Source: Patescibacteria group bacterium (GTDB lineage Bacteria; Patescibacteriota; Minisyncoccia; Minisyncoccales; PEYH01). Taken from it: a DNA stretch of 64,000 nucleotides. Of the stretch, positions 18,652-27,532 are shown piece after piece. The notes beneath the pieces are model-generated. The model did not search any database and had not been told where the DNA came from. It saw only the letters and a list, made by a program, of their open reading frames with translations. How positions within the stretch are numbered: the first letter of the stretch is position 1; each line of letters starts with the position of its first letter. The stretch spans positions 9,922 to 73,921 of the forward strand of contig JAHITK010000003.1 of assembly GCA_018817645.1 (NCBI GenBank), written 5' to 3'. The position numbers and the translations under genes are program-made.

Positions 18652-19380
18652 TTATTTTTTCGTTAAATAATATTTCTTTCTGATAAAAAACTGCTGGGCC
18701 GCCATAAATATCCCGGCCACCAGTAAATAAAGGCCTAAGGCCGCGGGCAGGCGCAAAAGGACAACGGTAATCAAAATAGGGAACAGAAATATCATCTGTT
18801 TTTGAAACATATCCGCGAAGCCCGATTTTTTAGGGGACTGATTCTGGTTTTTTTCCTTTTTCGGCATCGCGAATTTGCTTTGAAGGAAAAAAGTTATGCC
18901 AACGATTACAGCCAAAAAAGGCGATGGCTCGTTCAGATTAATGCCGAGAAACATCGGATTAATCACTTCCGGCCGCTGAACAAAACTGTAAAGATAAACA
19001 AAATTCTCCTCCTGTATGCCCTGCCAGAACATCCGGTAAAGAATAAACAGGATTGGCAGCTGGATAAGGGTCACCAGAAACGCTGAAAAAGGATTAATTT
19101 TTTCGGTTTTATAAAGCTCCATCATTGCTTTTGCCTGCTCCTCCCGGTTATTCTTGTATTTTGCCTGGATCTCTTTCAGTTTGGGCTGCAAGGCCTGCAT
19201 AGCCAGCTGGGACCGGCTCGCCCGGTCTTGCAGAGGATAAAGAATAACCCTGATGAGTAGGGTCAGAACGATAATCGCCACTCCAAGATTATGGCCCGGC
19301 AGATAATAACAGAGCAAAATCAACAGATTAAACAGGGGTTGCCACAATATTACATGAAAAAAATTAGTGAAAGCATTCAT
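18652..19380 (-). CDS. yidC: Membrane protein insertase YidC (short form)
   Basis: LYPLQ...KLKEIQAKYKNNREEQAKAMMELYKTEKINPFS motif. 5 TM helices. Confidence 0.85.
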   Translation of the reverse strand: MNAFTNFFHVILWQPLFNLLILLCYYLPGHNLGVAIIVLTLLIRVILYPLQDRASRSQLAMQALQPKLKEIQAKYKNNREEQAKAMMELYKTEKINPFSAFLVTLIQLPILFILYRMFWQGIQEENFVYLYSFVQRPEVINPMFLGINLNEPSPFLAVIVGITFFLQSKFAMPKKEKNQNQSPKKSGFADMFQKQMIFLFPILITVVLLRLPAALGLYLLVAGIFMAAQQFFIRKKYYLTKK

Positions 19381-19385
19381 TGGTT

Positions 19386-19736
19386 TTATCGCTTATTAAT
19401 AATCCCTGACCTTAATAATAGGTTATTAACGGTTTCTTTTATTCTTTGAAAATCGGTTGTCTTGTTAATTCCGCTTAAAGCGCTGATCACAATGTCTTGC
19501 CCGGTATTTATGGCTGAAAGCGTTTCTTTAACCGCGGCCCTGATTCTTCTTTTAATTAAATTCCTCTCTGCGGCCTTTGAAGCAACCTTCCTGCTGACCA
19601 CAATCCCTATCCGCGAAATATCGGAATTATTGGTGGCGAACTTCAAAAATAAAAAATCCTGCTTAAAGCCCTTGCCTTCCTTATAAACCCTTTCGAAATC
19701 ATTTTTCTTTTTAAGACGATGAATTCTGGGCAACAT
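19386..19736 (-). CDS. rnpA: RNase P protein component
   Basis: RLKKKNDFERVYKEGK... basic 116-aa protein. Position between rpmH and yidC. Confidence 0.8.
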   Translation of the reverse strand: MLPRIHRLKKKNDFERVYKEGKGFKQDFLFLKFATNNSDISRIGIVVSRKVASKAAERNLIKRRIRAAVKETLSAINTGQDIVISALSGINKTTDFQRIKETVNNLLLRSGIINKR

Positions 19737-19737
19737 C

Positions 19738-19872
19738 TTAAACAGTGATTATTTTTCTTCCCTTTTTTCTCCTCCTCTGCAGAACTTTCCGGCCATCGCT
19801 GGTCTGGGAACGCTTTAAAAAGCCATGTTTTTTCTTTCTTTTCTTTTTGTTCTGTTTATAGGTAATAACCAT
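19738..19872 (-). CDS. rpmH: 50S ribosomal protein L34 (44 aa; absent from the ORF track because under 60 aa)
   Basis: Hand-translated: [44 protein letters not shown]. Its stop lies 1 nt before the rnpA start. Confidence 0.8.
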   Translation of the reverse strand: MVITYKQNKKKRKKKHGFLKRSQTSDGRKVLQRRRKKGRKIITV

Positions 19873-19955
19873 AAATTAGTTTGATTAAAATTAATTTGGG
19901 TTTTGTTTAACCAGTATAATCGGGAATAAGCCAGAAGTCAAATTGACGGCTAATT

Positions 19956-20131
19956 AAATCCCAAAATAAAAATCCAAAATCCAAAGCTCAAATGCCAAAT
20001 CAAGCTCAAAATCCAAATTGAAGAAATGTATTCTTTTGACATTTGTCATTTGGACTTGCCTGTCCTGAACCTGTTGAAGGGATTTGACATTTGGATTTTG
20101 ACATTGGGATTTTTAACTTGGGATTTTTAAC
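19956..20131. repeat. CAAAATCCAAA/TTTGGATTTTG inverted-repeat element in the rpmH-dnaA intergenic region
   Basis: aaaatccaaaatccaaagctcaaatgccaaatcaagctcaaaatccaaattg ... gatttgacatttggattttgacattgggatttttaacttgggatttttaac. Confidence 0.6.
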
Positions 20132-20257
20132 TTTATTTCCCCATTTTATCCCCCTTTTTTCAACAGCCCTCTTTGATTTACGCGGAAAACCATTGATTTG
20201 CCTTTTCCAAAAATATAGCATAGTATAAAAGATTGAGATTAACCTTCTTCCAACGCT

Positions 20258-21613
20258 ATGAATAAAGAAGAGCTTTGGCAAGCAATTTTGTCCCAAATCC
20301 AGTTTAATATATCGCAGGCGAATTTCAGCACCTGGTTTAAGAATACTTATATTCTCTCAAAGGATAATGGGATAATAATAATCGCTGTGCCGAATAATTT
20401 TTCAAAAGAATGGCTGGAAAAAAAATATAACAAACTGGTTTTGAATGGTTTGGAGGAATTAAACGAAAGAGTTAAATCAATAGAATATAAGGTGGTGAAT
20501 GTTCCGGCCCCCCAGAGGCCGAAAGTATCTGCCAAGGCCGAAATAACGGCCATAAACCAGTTAGAATTGGAAGAATTGGCGCTTGATAAATACACTAACC
20601 TTAATCCTAAATACACTTTTGACAATTTCGTGGTTGGCCCGTTTAATGAATTGGCGCATGCGGCCGGATGGGCGGTAAGCCAAAAACCGGGTTTAGTATA
20701 TAATCCCTTTTTTGTCTACGGAGGAGTCGGGCTGGGCAAGACCCATCTCCTGCAGGCAATCGGAAACAAAGTGGGCGAGCATTTTTCCAAAAAGAAAATT
20801 AAATATCTTTCTTCTGAAAGATTCATATCCGGCATTATCAATGCGATAAAAAATCAGACTATCGAAGATTTTAAAAACGCTTATCGCGACTTTGATGTGC
20901 TGATAATCGACGATATTCAGTTTCTGGCAGGCAAAGAAAAGACCCAGGAAGAATTTTTCCATCTTTTCAATGTTTTATACGAAACCAACAAACAAATTGT
21001 CATTTCATCCGACCGCCCTCCGAAAGCGATTTCCGCCCTGGAAGAACGATTGCGCTCAAGATTTGAAGGCGGGATGATAACGGACATTGGAACGCCTGAC
21101 TTTGAAAGCAGAATCGCCATCTTGAAACAAAAAATACAAGAGAAAAAAGCAGGAATCAGTGAGGAAGTTTTAGGGTATATTGCTTCAAATATCCAAAAAA
21201 ATGTCAGGGAACTGGAAGGGGCTTTAAAATCCTTGGCTGCCTGGAAACAGCTTCATAATCAGGATATTAATCTCGAGCTGGCGAAAAAGATTTTAAGAAA
21301 AACAGTCAATCCGCAGCCCAAAGGGCTTAATTTCCAAAAAATAGTCACAACGGTGGCAGAATTCTATAGTATGAAGGATAAAGATTTGTTTGTAATCTCA
21401 AGAAAAAAAGAAATCGTAAAACCCCGCCAGATAGCAATGTATTTTTTAAGGGAAGAGTTAAAGAGTTCTTTTCCGTTCATCGGCAAAAAATTCGGAGGCA
21501 AGGACCATACTACCGCCATTTATGCCTGTGAAAAAATTTCAAAGGAAATAATAGAAAACGAACAGCTGGCGGAAGAAATAAATCTTATCAAGGAAAAAAT
21601 TTACGCTTATTAG
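20258..21613 (+). CDS. dnaA: Chromosomal replication initiator DnaA
   Basis: N-terminal ELWQAILSQIQFNISQANFSTWF. AAA+ Walker A GGVGLGKTHLLQAIG. C-terminal DNA-binding KDHTTAIYACEKI. Confidence 0.9.
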   Translation: MNKEELWQAILSQIQFNISQANFSTWFKNTYILSKDNGIIIIAVPNNFSKEWLEKKYNKLVLNGLEELNERVKSIEYKVVNVPAPQRPKVSAKAEITAINQLELEELALDKYTNLNPKYTFDNFVVGPFNELAHAAGWAVSQKPGLVYNPFFVYGGVGLGKTHLLQAIGNKVGEHFSKKKIKYLSSERFISGIINAIKNQTIEDFKNAYRDFDVLIIDDIQFLAGKEKTQEEFFHLFNVLYETNKQIVISSDRPPKAISALEERLRSRFEGGMITDIGTPDFESRIAILKQKIQEKKAGISEEVLGYIASNIQKNVRELEGALKSLAAWKQLHNQDINLELAKKILRKTVNPQPKGLNFQKIVTTVAEFYSMKDKDLFVISRKKEIVKPRQIAMYFLREELKSSFPFIGKKFGGKDHTTAIYACEKISKEIIENEQLAEEINLIKEKIYAY

Positions 21614-21878
21614 AGAGGTTTGAGGAGGGGGAAAACCTGTTAAGAAGTGCTGGATATTGATAGGGATAACAACGGGATAACCAGAGAATAAGACAGGGCC
21701 CTCAAAAACCGAAAAATTTATCCAGACCTAATCAAGGAATTATCAACTGATTTATCAACTAAGTTATTAACTATTTCTCCCCAAAACCAGCCCTTGTCAA
21801 ACCTAAATAAATGATTAAAATGAACTCACCAAATCAATGCCTAATAACAACAATTAATATATTAATTAAATAAATAAT
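21614..21878. promoter_or_regulatory. Candidate oriC / DNA-unwinding region in the dnaA-dnaN spacer
   Basis: Degenerate DnaA boxes (TTATCCAGA, GGATAACAA/GATAACCAG, TTATCAACT x2 in tandem) followed by a roughly 60-nt stretch that is over 85% AT before dnaN. Confidence 0.4.
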
Positions 21879-23012
21879 ATGAAAATAATAATACTTAAAG
21901 AAAAGTTGGCTAAAGGGTTGAGCATTGTCGAAAGAATAACTGGAAAAAATCTCACCCTCCCGATTTTAAATAATGTTTTAATTTCCGCAGAAGATAATTC
22001 ATTGAAACTCTCGACCACTGATCTTGAATTAGGGATTAGTTATTGGGGCCTTGCCAAAGTGGAGGAAAAGGGCGAAATCACTATCCCGGTAAGAACTCTT
22101 TCCGGTTTTGTTTCTTTGGTCGGAGAAGAAAAAGTGACAATAGAAAGCAAAGAAAAAACCCTTTATCTTAAAGGGGAAAATTATAAGACCCAGATAAAGG
22201 GGCTTGATACAAAGGATTTCCCGATTATTCCGGAAGTTGTTTCAGATAAATGGCTTGAGTTTGAGGCCATTGCTTTTTGCAAAGGAATAATGCAGGTAAT
22301 GGATTTTTGCGCCTTGACTCAAGTAAGGCCCGAACTTTCAGGATTATATTTTTCTTTCCAAAAAGATTTGGCTAAAATCGCCGCTACTGACAGCTTCCGC
22401 TTGTCAGAAAAAACCATTGCTTTAGACGGGATAACTCAAGGCCTAGAAGGCCCCCAGTCATTTATCTTGCCCAAAAACGCGGCCCGGGAAATAGTCAATA
22501 TTTTTTCCGAACACAACGGAAAGGTTAAGTTCTCTTTATCTCCCAGCCAAGTGATGATTGAGAGTTATATTGACGATACCAAAAATCCCCAGGCGCGTCT
22601 GGTTTCCCGCTTAATTGAAGGCGAATACCCGGATTACGAGGCCGTCATACCCAAGGAATTCAAAACGCGGGTCATTATTCCCCGGGAGGAGTTTCTAAAT
22701 CAGATTAAAATTGCCAGTTTATTCAGCGGAAGGACCAATGAAGTGAAATTGGCGATAAGCCCTAAAAAAGGAAATGTCTTAATATCTTCGCAAAGCGTTG
22801 ATTTAGGAGAGACGGAATCTAGAATCGCGATAGCAGCTCAGGGCGAGGAGGTGGAAATAAGCTTCAATTATAAATTTCTGGCGGAAGGATTGAATCAAAT
22901 AAAATCAGACAAAATCATTTTTGAGCTTAATGGCCAAGATGGCCCTGGTGTTCTAAAACCGAGCGATGATGCGAGCTATATCTATGTGATAATGCCCATT
23001 AAGGCATCTTAA
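21879..23012 (+). CDS. dnaN: DNA polymerase III beta sliding clamp
   Basis: MKIIILKEKLAKGLSIVERITGKNLTLPILNNVLI. Three-domain length. Follows dnaA. Confidence 0.85.
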   Translation: MKIIILKEKLAKGLSIVERITGKNLTLPILNNVLISAEDNSLKLSTTDLELGISYWGLAKVEEKGEITIPVRTLSGFVSLVGEEKVTIESKEKTLYLKGENYKTQIKGLDTKDFPIIPEVVSDKWLEFEAIAFCKGIMQVMDFCALTQVRPELSGLYFSFQKDLAKIAATDSFRLSEKTIALDGITQGLEGPQSFILPKNAAREIVNIFSEHNGKVKFSLSPSQVMIESYIDDTKNPQARLVSRLIEGEYPDYEAVIPKEFKTRVIIPREEFLNQIKIASLFSGRTNEVKLAISPKKGNVLISSQSVDLGETESRIAIAAQGEEVEISFNYKFLAEGLNQIKSDKIIFELNGQDGPGVLKPSDDASYIYVIMPIKAS

Positions 23013-23305
23013 TGTTTGAGTCAATATCAAGAATCATAAACAAGAGAGCCGACCGATTCTCTTTTAAAAGGGAAATTTTGGCAGTAGAAATTTGCCGGAT
23101 ATGGCCAAAAGTCCTGAAGCAATTATTTGATGAAGAAATAGCTGGTTCTACTCAAGCCCTGTCTTTCCGAGACGGGGTTTTGGTGGTAAGAGTCCAGCAC
23201 CCGACATTAATGCAGGAGCTCCAGATAGAGAATGAAAATATAATTGCTTCCCTGAACAGAGAAGCGAAAAAAAGAGTCGTGGGGAAAATTGTCTATCGAA
23301 CCTAA
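23012..23305 (+). CDS. DUF721/DciA-like small protein
   Basis: W..V....IAG.T..L.FRDGVLVV.V....LMQELQ pattern typical of DUF721. Position after dnaN. Confidence 0.5.
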   Translation: MFESISRIINKRADRFSFKREILAVEICRIWPKVLKQLFDEEIAGSTQALSFRDGVLVVRVQHPTLMQELQIENENIIASLNREAKKRVVGKIVYRT

Positions 23306-23307
23306 TC

Positions 23308-25227
23308 TTATTTAACAAGGGCTTTTAGGAAAAAATTGCGCCAAATCGGTCCGGCTATCACGATACCGGGCCTTTTCGCTATAGCGCTGTTATCATTATT
23401 CCCGGTCCAAACACCGACCGCCAAATCAGCCGTATAACCGATAGTCCAGGCATCCCGGTATTGGTCAGTTGTTCCGGTTTTTGCGGCCACCTCATAACCG
23501 GGGAAATAAAGGAGCGAATGGGCTCCGAACATCGGAGTGCGAGCCACATTGTCAGAAAGAATATTGGTTATCATCTGGCAGATTTCCTCGCTGATTACTC
23601 TTCGGGAGGCGTTTTTATTTTCTTCAATAATATTTCCTTCGTTGTCTTCTATTTTTAATATCGCGGTAGCTTGCAGGCGCAATCCGTTATTGGAAAAGAC
23701 CCCGTAAGCGGAGACCATATCGATCAGTTTTACTTCTCCGGCTCCCAAAACCAATGAAGGGCCGTAAAAACCCGGTCCTTCATTAAGAGTGGTGATCCCC
23801 ATATCATGGGCCGTGGCAATAGCATCATTGATACCGGCTGCCAACAGCACCTTTATCGAAGGAATATTCAGCGATTGAGCTAATGCCTGCCTGAGAGTAA
23901 CCGGACCCCGGTACCATCCGTCATAGTTTTCCGGGATATAGTCCTCGTCTCCCCATCGGCCAAAATTCGTTTTTTCATCAATCACGACATCATCAGGGGT
24001 ATAACCCTTTTTAAAAGCCGTGGCATAGACAAACGGCTTGAAAGCGGAACCGGGCTGTTGACCCTCTCCATAGGTGGCCACATTGACTTTGGGTTCAAAT
24101 TTGCAGTTAAGCCCCGGAGTGCATCCTTCAGGATACGGCTCTCCAAAATAATCTTTTGACCCGACCATTGCCATTATCTCCCCGTTTTTCGGGTTTATCG
24201 CCACCAAAGCGGCATTATATGATTGATAGGACTCGTTTATTTTCACTCCTTCTTTAACCGCTTTTTCCGCTGCCTCCTGCAGTTTCAAATCAAGAGTGGT
24301 GTACACTTTCAAGCCATGTTCTTTGAGAAAGTCGCCGCCGTACTTTTGGTATAGATAATTTTCCACATAGAGAATAAAATGAGGAGCATTTTTAAAAGCA
24401 GAATCAAGGCCGACAAATTCAATAGGGGTCTGGACTCTTTCGTTGTATGTTTCTTCTGAAATGTATTTTTCCTCTAACATCCTCTCCAGGATGAAATCCT
24501 TTCTTTTCAAAAGCGCGTCTTGATGTTCTCCATAAGGGTAGTAATAGCTTGGCGCTTGAATGAGAGAGGCAATGACAGCCGCTTCCGGCAAGGTAATGTC
24601 CTGGATTGATTTTCCAAAAAAGGTGCGGCTCGCTTCACCGACGCCGTAAATATTCGGGCCAAATGGAATTTGGTTCAGATACCATTCCAAGATTTGGTCT
24701 TTAGAGTAACGCCTTTCAAGTTCTAAGGTAAGGACTAACTCTCGTATTTTTCTTTTAGCGCTTTTTTCCAGCGATAAAAAGGTGGAGCGGATGAGCTGCT
24801 GGCTTATAGTGGAAGCGCCTTGGGCCGGTTTTTTGAGCTTTAAATCAACCAAGATGGCTCTCGCGACTCCGGCCAGATCCACTCCGTGATGGTTATAGAA
24901 ATTATCATCTTCTGCCGCCAATACCGCCTTAATCAAATGATCCGGCACATCACTTAAAGCCACGAGTTCTCTTTTTTCTTCCCCATAAATTGTTCTTAAT
25001 AAAGTTTCTCCGGTTCGGTCGTAAATCCGGGTAGGCATTATTTGTTCTCTTTCAGTGAAAACCTCGGGTCTTGGCAGGTCTTTGGCAAAATAAATAAAGA
25101 CGGATAATCCTATCAAGACAAGGATGAGGATGGAAAATAAAAAAATCCGGCTTATTTTTTTTAAGACGCGCTTTAAGCGGGAATTATCCCGATAGGTCTG
25201 GCGATGGTAAATTCTCAAAAACATCAT
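23308..25227 (-). CDS. Class A penicillin-binding protein (glycosyltransferase + transpeptidase)
   Basis: GT51 motifs EDDNFYNHHGVD, GASTISQQL. Transpeptidase SAFKPF and KTGTT motifs. N-terminal TM. Confidence 0.85.
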   Translation of the reverse strand: MMFLRIYHRQTYRDNSRLKRVLKKISRIFLFSILILVLIGLSVFIYFAKDLPRPEVFTEREQIMPTRIYDRTGETLLRTIYGEEKRELVALSDVPDHLIKAVLAAEDDNFYNHHGVDLAGVARAILVDLKLKKPAQGASTISQQLIRSTFLSLEKSAKRKIRELVLTLELERRYSKDQILEWYLNQIPFGPNIYGVGEASRTFFGKSIQDITLPEAAVIASLIQAPSYYYPYGEHQDALLKRKDFILERMLEEKYISEETYNERVQTPIEFVGLDSAFKNAPHFILYVENYLYQKYGGDFLKEHGLKVYTTLDLKLQEAAEKAVKEGVKINESYQSYNAALVAINPKNGEIMAMVGSKDYFGEPYPEGCTPGLNCKFEPKVNVATYGEGQQPGSAFKPFVYATAFKKGYTPDDVVIDEKTNFGRWGDEDYIPENYDGWYRGPVTLRQALAQSLNIPSIKVLLAAGINDAIATAHDMGITTLNEGPGFYGPSLVLGAGEVKLIDMVSAYGVFSNNGLRLQATAILKIEDNEGNIIEENKNASRRVISEEICQMITNILSDNVARTPMFGAHSLLYFPGYEVAAKTGTTDQYRDAWTIGYTADLAVGVWTGNNDNSAIAKRPGIVIAGPIWRNFFLKALVK

Positions 25228-25233
25228 AAAACA

Positions 25234-25260
25234 AAACCCCTGCCGGAAGGCAGGGGTTTT
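25234..25260 (-). terminator. Stem-loop terminator downstream of the acidic ORF
   Basis: AAAACCCCTGCC-GGAA-GGCAGGGGTTTT. Confidence 0.6.
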
Positions 25261-25266
25261 GGGGGA

Positions 25267-25461
25267 TTAAAATTCTTCTTCAAGGCCTTCTTCTGTTCCG
25301 CCTTCCTCTGGGGTGGTCTCTTCTTCGGCTGGGGTTTCCTCTTCTCCCAGACCTTCTTCGACTGGCAGACCTTCTTCCACGCCGGCATCGTCCACGCCCC
25401 CTGATTCTTCCTCGTCTTCCTGGTTGAGCAGGATTCTAACGGCTTGATCTTCGTATTCCAT
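25267..25461 (-). CDS. Small highly acidic protein (E/G/T-rich); possibly spurious
   Basis: ORF in a GC-rich patch with its own terminator hairpin. Low-complexity poly-Glu composition. Confidence 0.3.
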   Translation of the reverse strand: MEYEDQAVRILLNQEDEEESGGVDDAGVEEGLPVEEGLGEEETPAEEETTPEEGGTEEGLEEEF

Positions 25462-25542
25462 AATTGATTAAACTTAATTTATATTGGAAAATGAACGACC
25501 TTTTTAATTTATATGCTCATTATAATTTTATCAAGACCTTTG

Positions 25543-26037
25543 TCAAGCTTTTTTCGGCAATCTTTTGGATTGGAGGAGATAGACGTAACAAATAGCCAAA
25601 CCCAAGGCGTCGGCCGCGTCATCCGACTTGGGCGCCTTGTCTAAATTCAAAAGTTTTTTAATCATTTTTTGCATTTGGGTTTTCTGCGCCCGGCCATAAC
25701 CGACAATATTCATCTTAACCTCCAAAGGGGTGAATTCAGAGACCGGTATTTTTTTTCTGGCCGCGGCCAGCAATATAACGCCCCGCGCTTGGCTCACCGG
25801 AATAGCGGTCTTGGCGTTTTTAAAGAAAAACAATCGTTCTATCACCAAGGCATCCGGGGAAAAATCTTTTATTAATTTATTGATTTGATTAAAGATTTGA
25901 TTGAGTCGATCTTGGGGAGAATCATCTGGAGAGGTTTTAATGCATCCGCAGGCGACAAAATCTATTCCTTTTTGGGATTTCCTGATAACCCCATAGCCGG
26001 TCGTCGCTGTCCCGGGATCGATGCCTAAAATAATCAT
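25543..26037 (-). CDS. ruvC: Holliday junction resolvase RuvC
   Basis: MIILGIDPGTATTGYGVI...ALVIERLFF motifs. Confidence 0.85.
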   Translation of the reverse strand: MIILGIDPGTATTGYGVIRKSQKGIDFVACGCIKTSPDDSPQDRLNQIFNQINKLIKDFSPDALVIERLFFFKNAKTAIPVSQARGVILLAAARKKIPVSEFTPLEVKMNIVGYGRAQKTQMQKMIKKLLNLDKAPKSDDAADALGLAICYVYLLQSKRLPKKA

Positions 26038-26046
26038 AAGCAGAAG

Positions 26047-26766
26047 TTATAATTTTATGTTTGAGTAAACCTCTTGGACATCGTCATCGTCATCAAGGGC
26101 CTCGAAGAGTTTTTCGATAGAGGTTTTTTCTTTTTCCTCAATTTCTATCTCTTCTTTTGCCATCCATCCCAAATTGGCTGATTCTATATTAAGCCCGCGG
26201 TTTTCAAGCGCTTTCTTTACGTTTTCCAGATTCTCGGGTATGGTGTAGACCTCCATAAAACCCTCTCTTCTTTTGAAATCGTCAGCGCCAGCTTCGATGA
26301 TTATCATTTCCAAATCGTTTTGTCCTGTGCCTTCGGGAATTTCTAAAATAATGACTCCCATATTCTCAAACTGCCATTTCACCGAACCCTCGTTTGCCAG
26401 TTTAGCATTATTGCGGGATAAAAGTTGTTTTATTTCCGCAAAAGTCCGGTTCTTGTTGCTGGTGATGCCGGTTATTATAAGGGCGCTTTTGGCCGGTCCG
26501 TAGGCCTCGAAACAAAATTCCTCCAAGATCTCTTCCGGTAATTCGCCGGTGCCTCTTTTAATGGCTCTTTCAACATTGTCGCTCGGCATATTGGCTTTTT
26601 TTGCCTGCTCAACGGCGATTCTTAGGGTGGGATTCATCTCCGGATCTCCGCCTTTTTTCGCAGCCACTGAAATAACCCGGGATAATTTTGAAAAAATTTG
26701 CGCCCGTTTTTTGTCTTCTGTTTCTTTGCCTCGTTTAATTGTTGCCCAATGGCTGTGCCCGCTCAT
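26047..26766 (-). CDS. yebC: YebC/PmpR family DNA-binding regulator
   Basis: MSGHSHWATIKRGKETEDKKRAQIFSKL... Confidence 0.85.
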   Translation of the reverse strand: MSGHSHWATIKRGKETEDKKRAQIFSKLSRVISVAAKKGGDPEMNPTLRIAVEQAKKANMPSDNVERAIKRGTGELPEEILEEFCFEAYGPAKSALIITGITSNKNRTFAEIKQLLSRNNAKLANEGSVKWQFENMGVIILEIPEGTGQNDLEMIIIEAGADDFKRREGFMEVYTIPENLENVKKALENRGLNIESANLGWMAKEEIEIEEKEKTSIEKLFEALDDDDDVQEVYSNIKL

Positions 26767-26802
26767 AGATACTAATAATTAATCAATAATCATTTATTAC
26801 TC

Positions 26803-26818
26803 GCCCGCCTCGGGCGGG
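26803..26818. terminator. GCCCGCCTCGGGCGGG hairpin (one copy of a recurring GC hairpin family)
   Basis: Perfect palindrome downstream of the LTD gene stop. The same hairpin recurs at 43246-43280, 59075-59090 and 56607-56626. Confidence 0.55.
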
Positions 26819-26822
26819 TTAA

Positions 26823-27464
26823 TCATTGATATTTTATATTACTTGATTTCTTTTTTGTTTTCAACCATATTGCTGAAAAAATAGCTGAAATACAAGCTGA
26901 AGCGCTTAGACCGATTGCCAACACCGAAGCAAATTTTGAATTCTCATAATTTCTGTCAGCAATACTAAGCTCTTTTTGGGGAATAATGCTTTCATCAGGG
27001 CTATTTTCTGATTTTGGCGTCCCTCCCGGATTTTGGCTGGTTTTCCAATTATTAGGGTCTGACCCTGATAATTGGCCGGGGCCGGCGGAAAAAGAACCAA
27101 TTCTCTCCATTGTCTTTTTGTTTTCATTATTGCCGGCAAACCAGCCCAAAGAACAGTCCACTTCGTCAACAACTCGGCCAGAATCGTCTAAAAGCAAAAT
27201 CCGCTTTCCCTGGTTATTCAGCCCGCCTTTATAGATGAGGTCGGCGGTGATTCCCGGCACGGTGGAATCGTCTGTCCTCTCAAGCAGGAAATACGACTTT
27301 GTTCCGACCACTCCTGATAACTTTATTTTCAGCGACCCATCATTTGTCTGGATAGTCCAGTTATCCAGGTTAAGAGGAGATTCGTTGGGGTTATAAAGTT
27401 CAATCCATTCGTTATGGTAAGAGTTTTCAGTGCCCATCCAAGCCAGTTCGTTTATGACAACCAT
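26823..27464 (-). CDS. Lamin-tail-domain (LTD) protein with C-terminal TM anchor
   Basis: INELAWMGT...EWIELYNP...LDNWTI motif typical of LTD. Hydrophobic C-terminus. Confidence 0.6.
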   Translation of the reverse strand: MVVINELAWMGTENSYHNEWIELYNPNESPLNLDNWTIQTNDGSLKIKLSGVVGTKSYFLLERTDDSTVPGITADLIYKGGLNNQGKRILLLDDSGRVVDEVDCSLGWFAGNNENKKTMERIGSFSAGPGQLSGSDPNNWKTSQNPGGTPKSENSPDESIIPQKELSIADRNYENSKFASVLAIGLSASACISAIFSAIWLKTKKKSSNIKYQ

Positions 27465-27532
27465 CGGGTTTTCTTTGGCTAAAACAAAATTAGCCGGGCT
27501 GAAGCAAGTAATTAGAAAAAGAAATTCAAAAA

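Noticed and set aside
19873-20257. Looked for canonical TTATCCACA DnaA boxes in the rpmH-dnaA spacer.
   Set aside because: None found. Only TTATCCCCC-like near-matches. The spacer is dominated by the CAAAATCCAAA repeat element.
25267-25461. Poly-Glu 64-aa ORF as a real acidic protein.
   Set aside because: Not rejected outright, but kept at low confidence. It is extreme low-complexity and could be a translation artefact of a GC-rich spacer, though it does have its own terminator.
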